A stretch of 64,000 nucleotides of DNA from Lingula anatina (taxonomy: Eukaryota; Animalia; Brachiopoda), in contig CM120641.1 in the NCBI GenBank assembly GCA_051362555.1, forward strand, positions 41,484,401 through 41,548,400. The letters are read 5' to 3'. This document shows, in pieces, positions 63,013 through 64,000 of the stretch (positions within the stretch are counted from its first letter, which is position 1; each line of letters starts with the position of its first letter). The translations under genes were made by a program, and so were the position numbers. The notes under the pieces are model-generated. The model was not told the origin of the DNA, ran no database searches, and was given only the letters and a program-made list of their open reading frames with translations.

Positions 63013-64000
63013 CTATCCATCTGACCATGATTCATCTGACTCTGGAGCATTTGGTGTTTGTGAGAACCCGACGCTGATATCCCTTGTATGAATATAAGCG
63101 GCTAAAAATTCATCGATTGGCATTTGACTGGTTCGTCTTTCTGTAGAGTCGTGATGCTCACTGTCTTGCTCGGTGAGTAAGGCGGAAGCGCTTTGCGATC
63201 GTCGCATAGCGGTGGCTGAGGTAGACGCAATGTCTTCATTTGCTAATGGTTGTAAATTCCCCTTGTCGCCGAGTATATCTAGCATTTCAGCTATGCTATG
63301 TGGTTTTCGTACCCGAACAAATGGGACTGCATGTGAAGCACTATCCATCCAAGTTTTTAAAGAGGACGGCTTACTGAGAACAAGTTTACCTGTTAGATTA
63401 TTACTTTCATTTTCCAGGTTCGTTGTTGTATAGGTTTTCTTGGGCGAAACCTTTCGTCTTAACCCAGCGGTTCTCGGTTCCAAATCGAAACTCCTCACAA
63501 CTTTTGGCACGAAGGTAACTTTAAATCCTTTGGCAGTTGATGGAGGCAAGATTGTTTCCTTTTTTAGTTTTATGAGGTCACTAAATAGTTGAGGTTGATG
63601 TTCAATAAAGTCTAAATCTGAGTCATTTTCAATTGAGTCCTCCCCGCTTTGACGTGCGTTTCCAATACGGTCTCGGATTCTATTGATCAATTCTCTTCCG
63701 GTGAAAAACGGCTCCATTTCATCTGCATATATTTCATCAACGTTCTTTAGCAAATCGTCTCCTTGTTTCCTAATTAAACTACACAAACTTTCAACTTTGT
63801 TGGTGATTTGTTGGCTTATGGAATCTTTTTCATTTTGGCACGTGCTTATAATGTCCTCGAGCTCTTCGTGTGCTTTGTCATAAGCTATGGCCAATGGCGA
63901 TATATCTGAAAGACAGTTGTCAAGAGAAATGCGCCTCTCCGCAGCAACTTCTTTTACTGTTGTAAATCTATGATTTTCGTGTCCTTGTGCCAAACACTTT
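63013..64000 (-). CDS. TRIM-like protein, 3' part (end of B-box, coiled coil, low-complexity tail); 5' end outside the window
   Basis: The frame is open from the window edge: KCLAQGHENHRFTTVKE (B-box C-x4-H-x2-H end), then a heptad-rich helical region and a Ser/Asp/Glu-rich tail. Confidence 0.75.
   Translation of the reverse strand, partial: KCLAQGHENHRFTTVKEVAAERRISLDNCLSDISPLAIAYDKAHEELEDIISTCQNEKDSISQQITNKVESLCSLIRKQGDDLLKNVDEIYADEMEPFFTGRELINRIRDRIGNARQSGEDSIENDSDLDFIEHQPQLFSDLIKLKKETILPPSTAKGFKVTFVPKVVRSFDLEPRTAGLRRKVSPKKTYTTTNLENESNNLTGKLVLSKPSSLKTWMDSASHAVPFVRVRKPHSIAEMLDILGDKGNLQPLANEDIASTSATAMRRSQSASALLTEQDSEHHDSTERRTSQMPIDEFLAAYIHTRDISVGFSQTPNAPESDESWSDG

Overview
AT-rich, intron-containing animal genomic DNA. 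It is probably a lophotrochozoan such as a mollusc, inferred from gene content and repeat types only. Genes, left to right: (1) an intronless minus-strand ORF made of two tandem PTB/PID-like domains; (2) three intronless EF-hand genes of the sarcoplasmic calcium-binding protein (SCP) type, plus a decapitated fourth copy; (3) a complete 17-exon MCCC2-like carboxyltransferase gene whose acyl-CoA-side motifs are strongly altered and which has a second, intact copy of exon 1 upstream; (4) two tandem GPI-anchored Ly6/three-finger genes; (5) a TMEM79/MAPEG-like gene with an in-frame TGA; (6) a vasopressin/oxytocin-family GPCR; (7) the 3' part of a B-box/coiled-coil (TRIM-like) gene. A dense transposon stack lies at 11.4-17 kb (hAT, two LINEs, Penelope with a decayed hammerhead, vertnin-like domain plus MULE). 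There are also many MITEs, a Tc1 fossil, and a TA-flanked Tc1/IS630-type element carrying a BEN-domain exon. The best candidates for something undescribed are the remodelled MCCC2 paralog, the BEN-carrying element and the double-PTB orphan. All homology calls come from reading motifs by eye; no searches were run.
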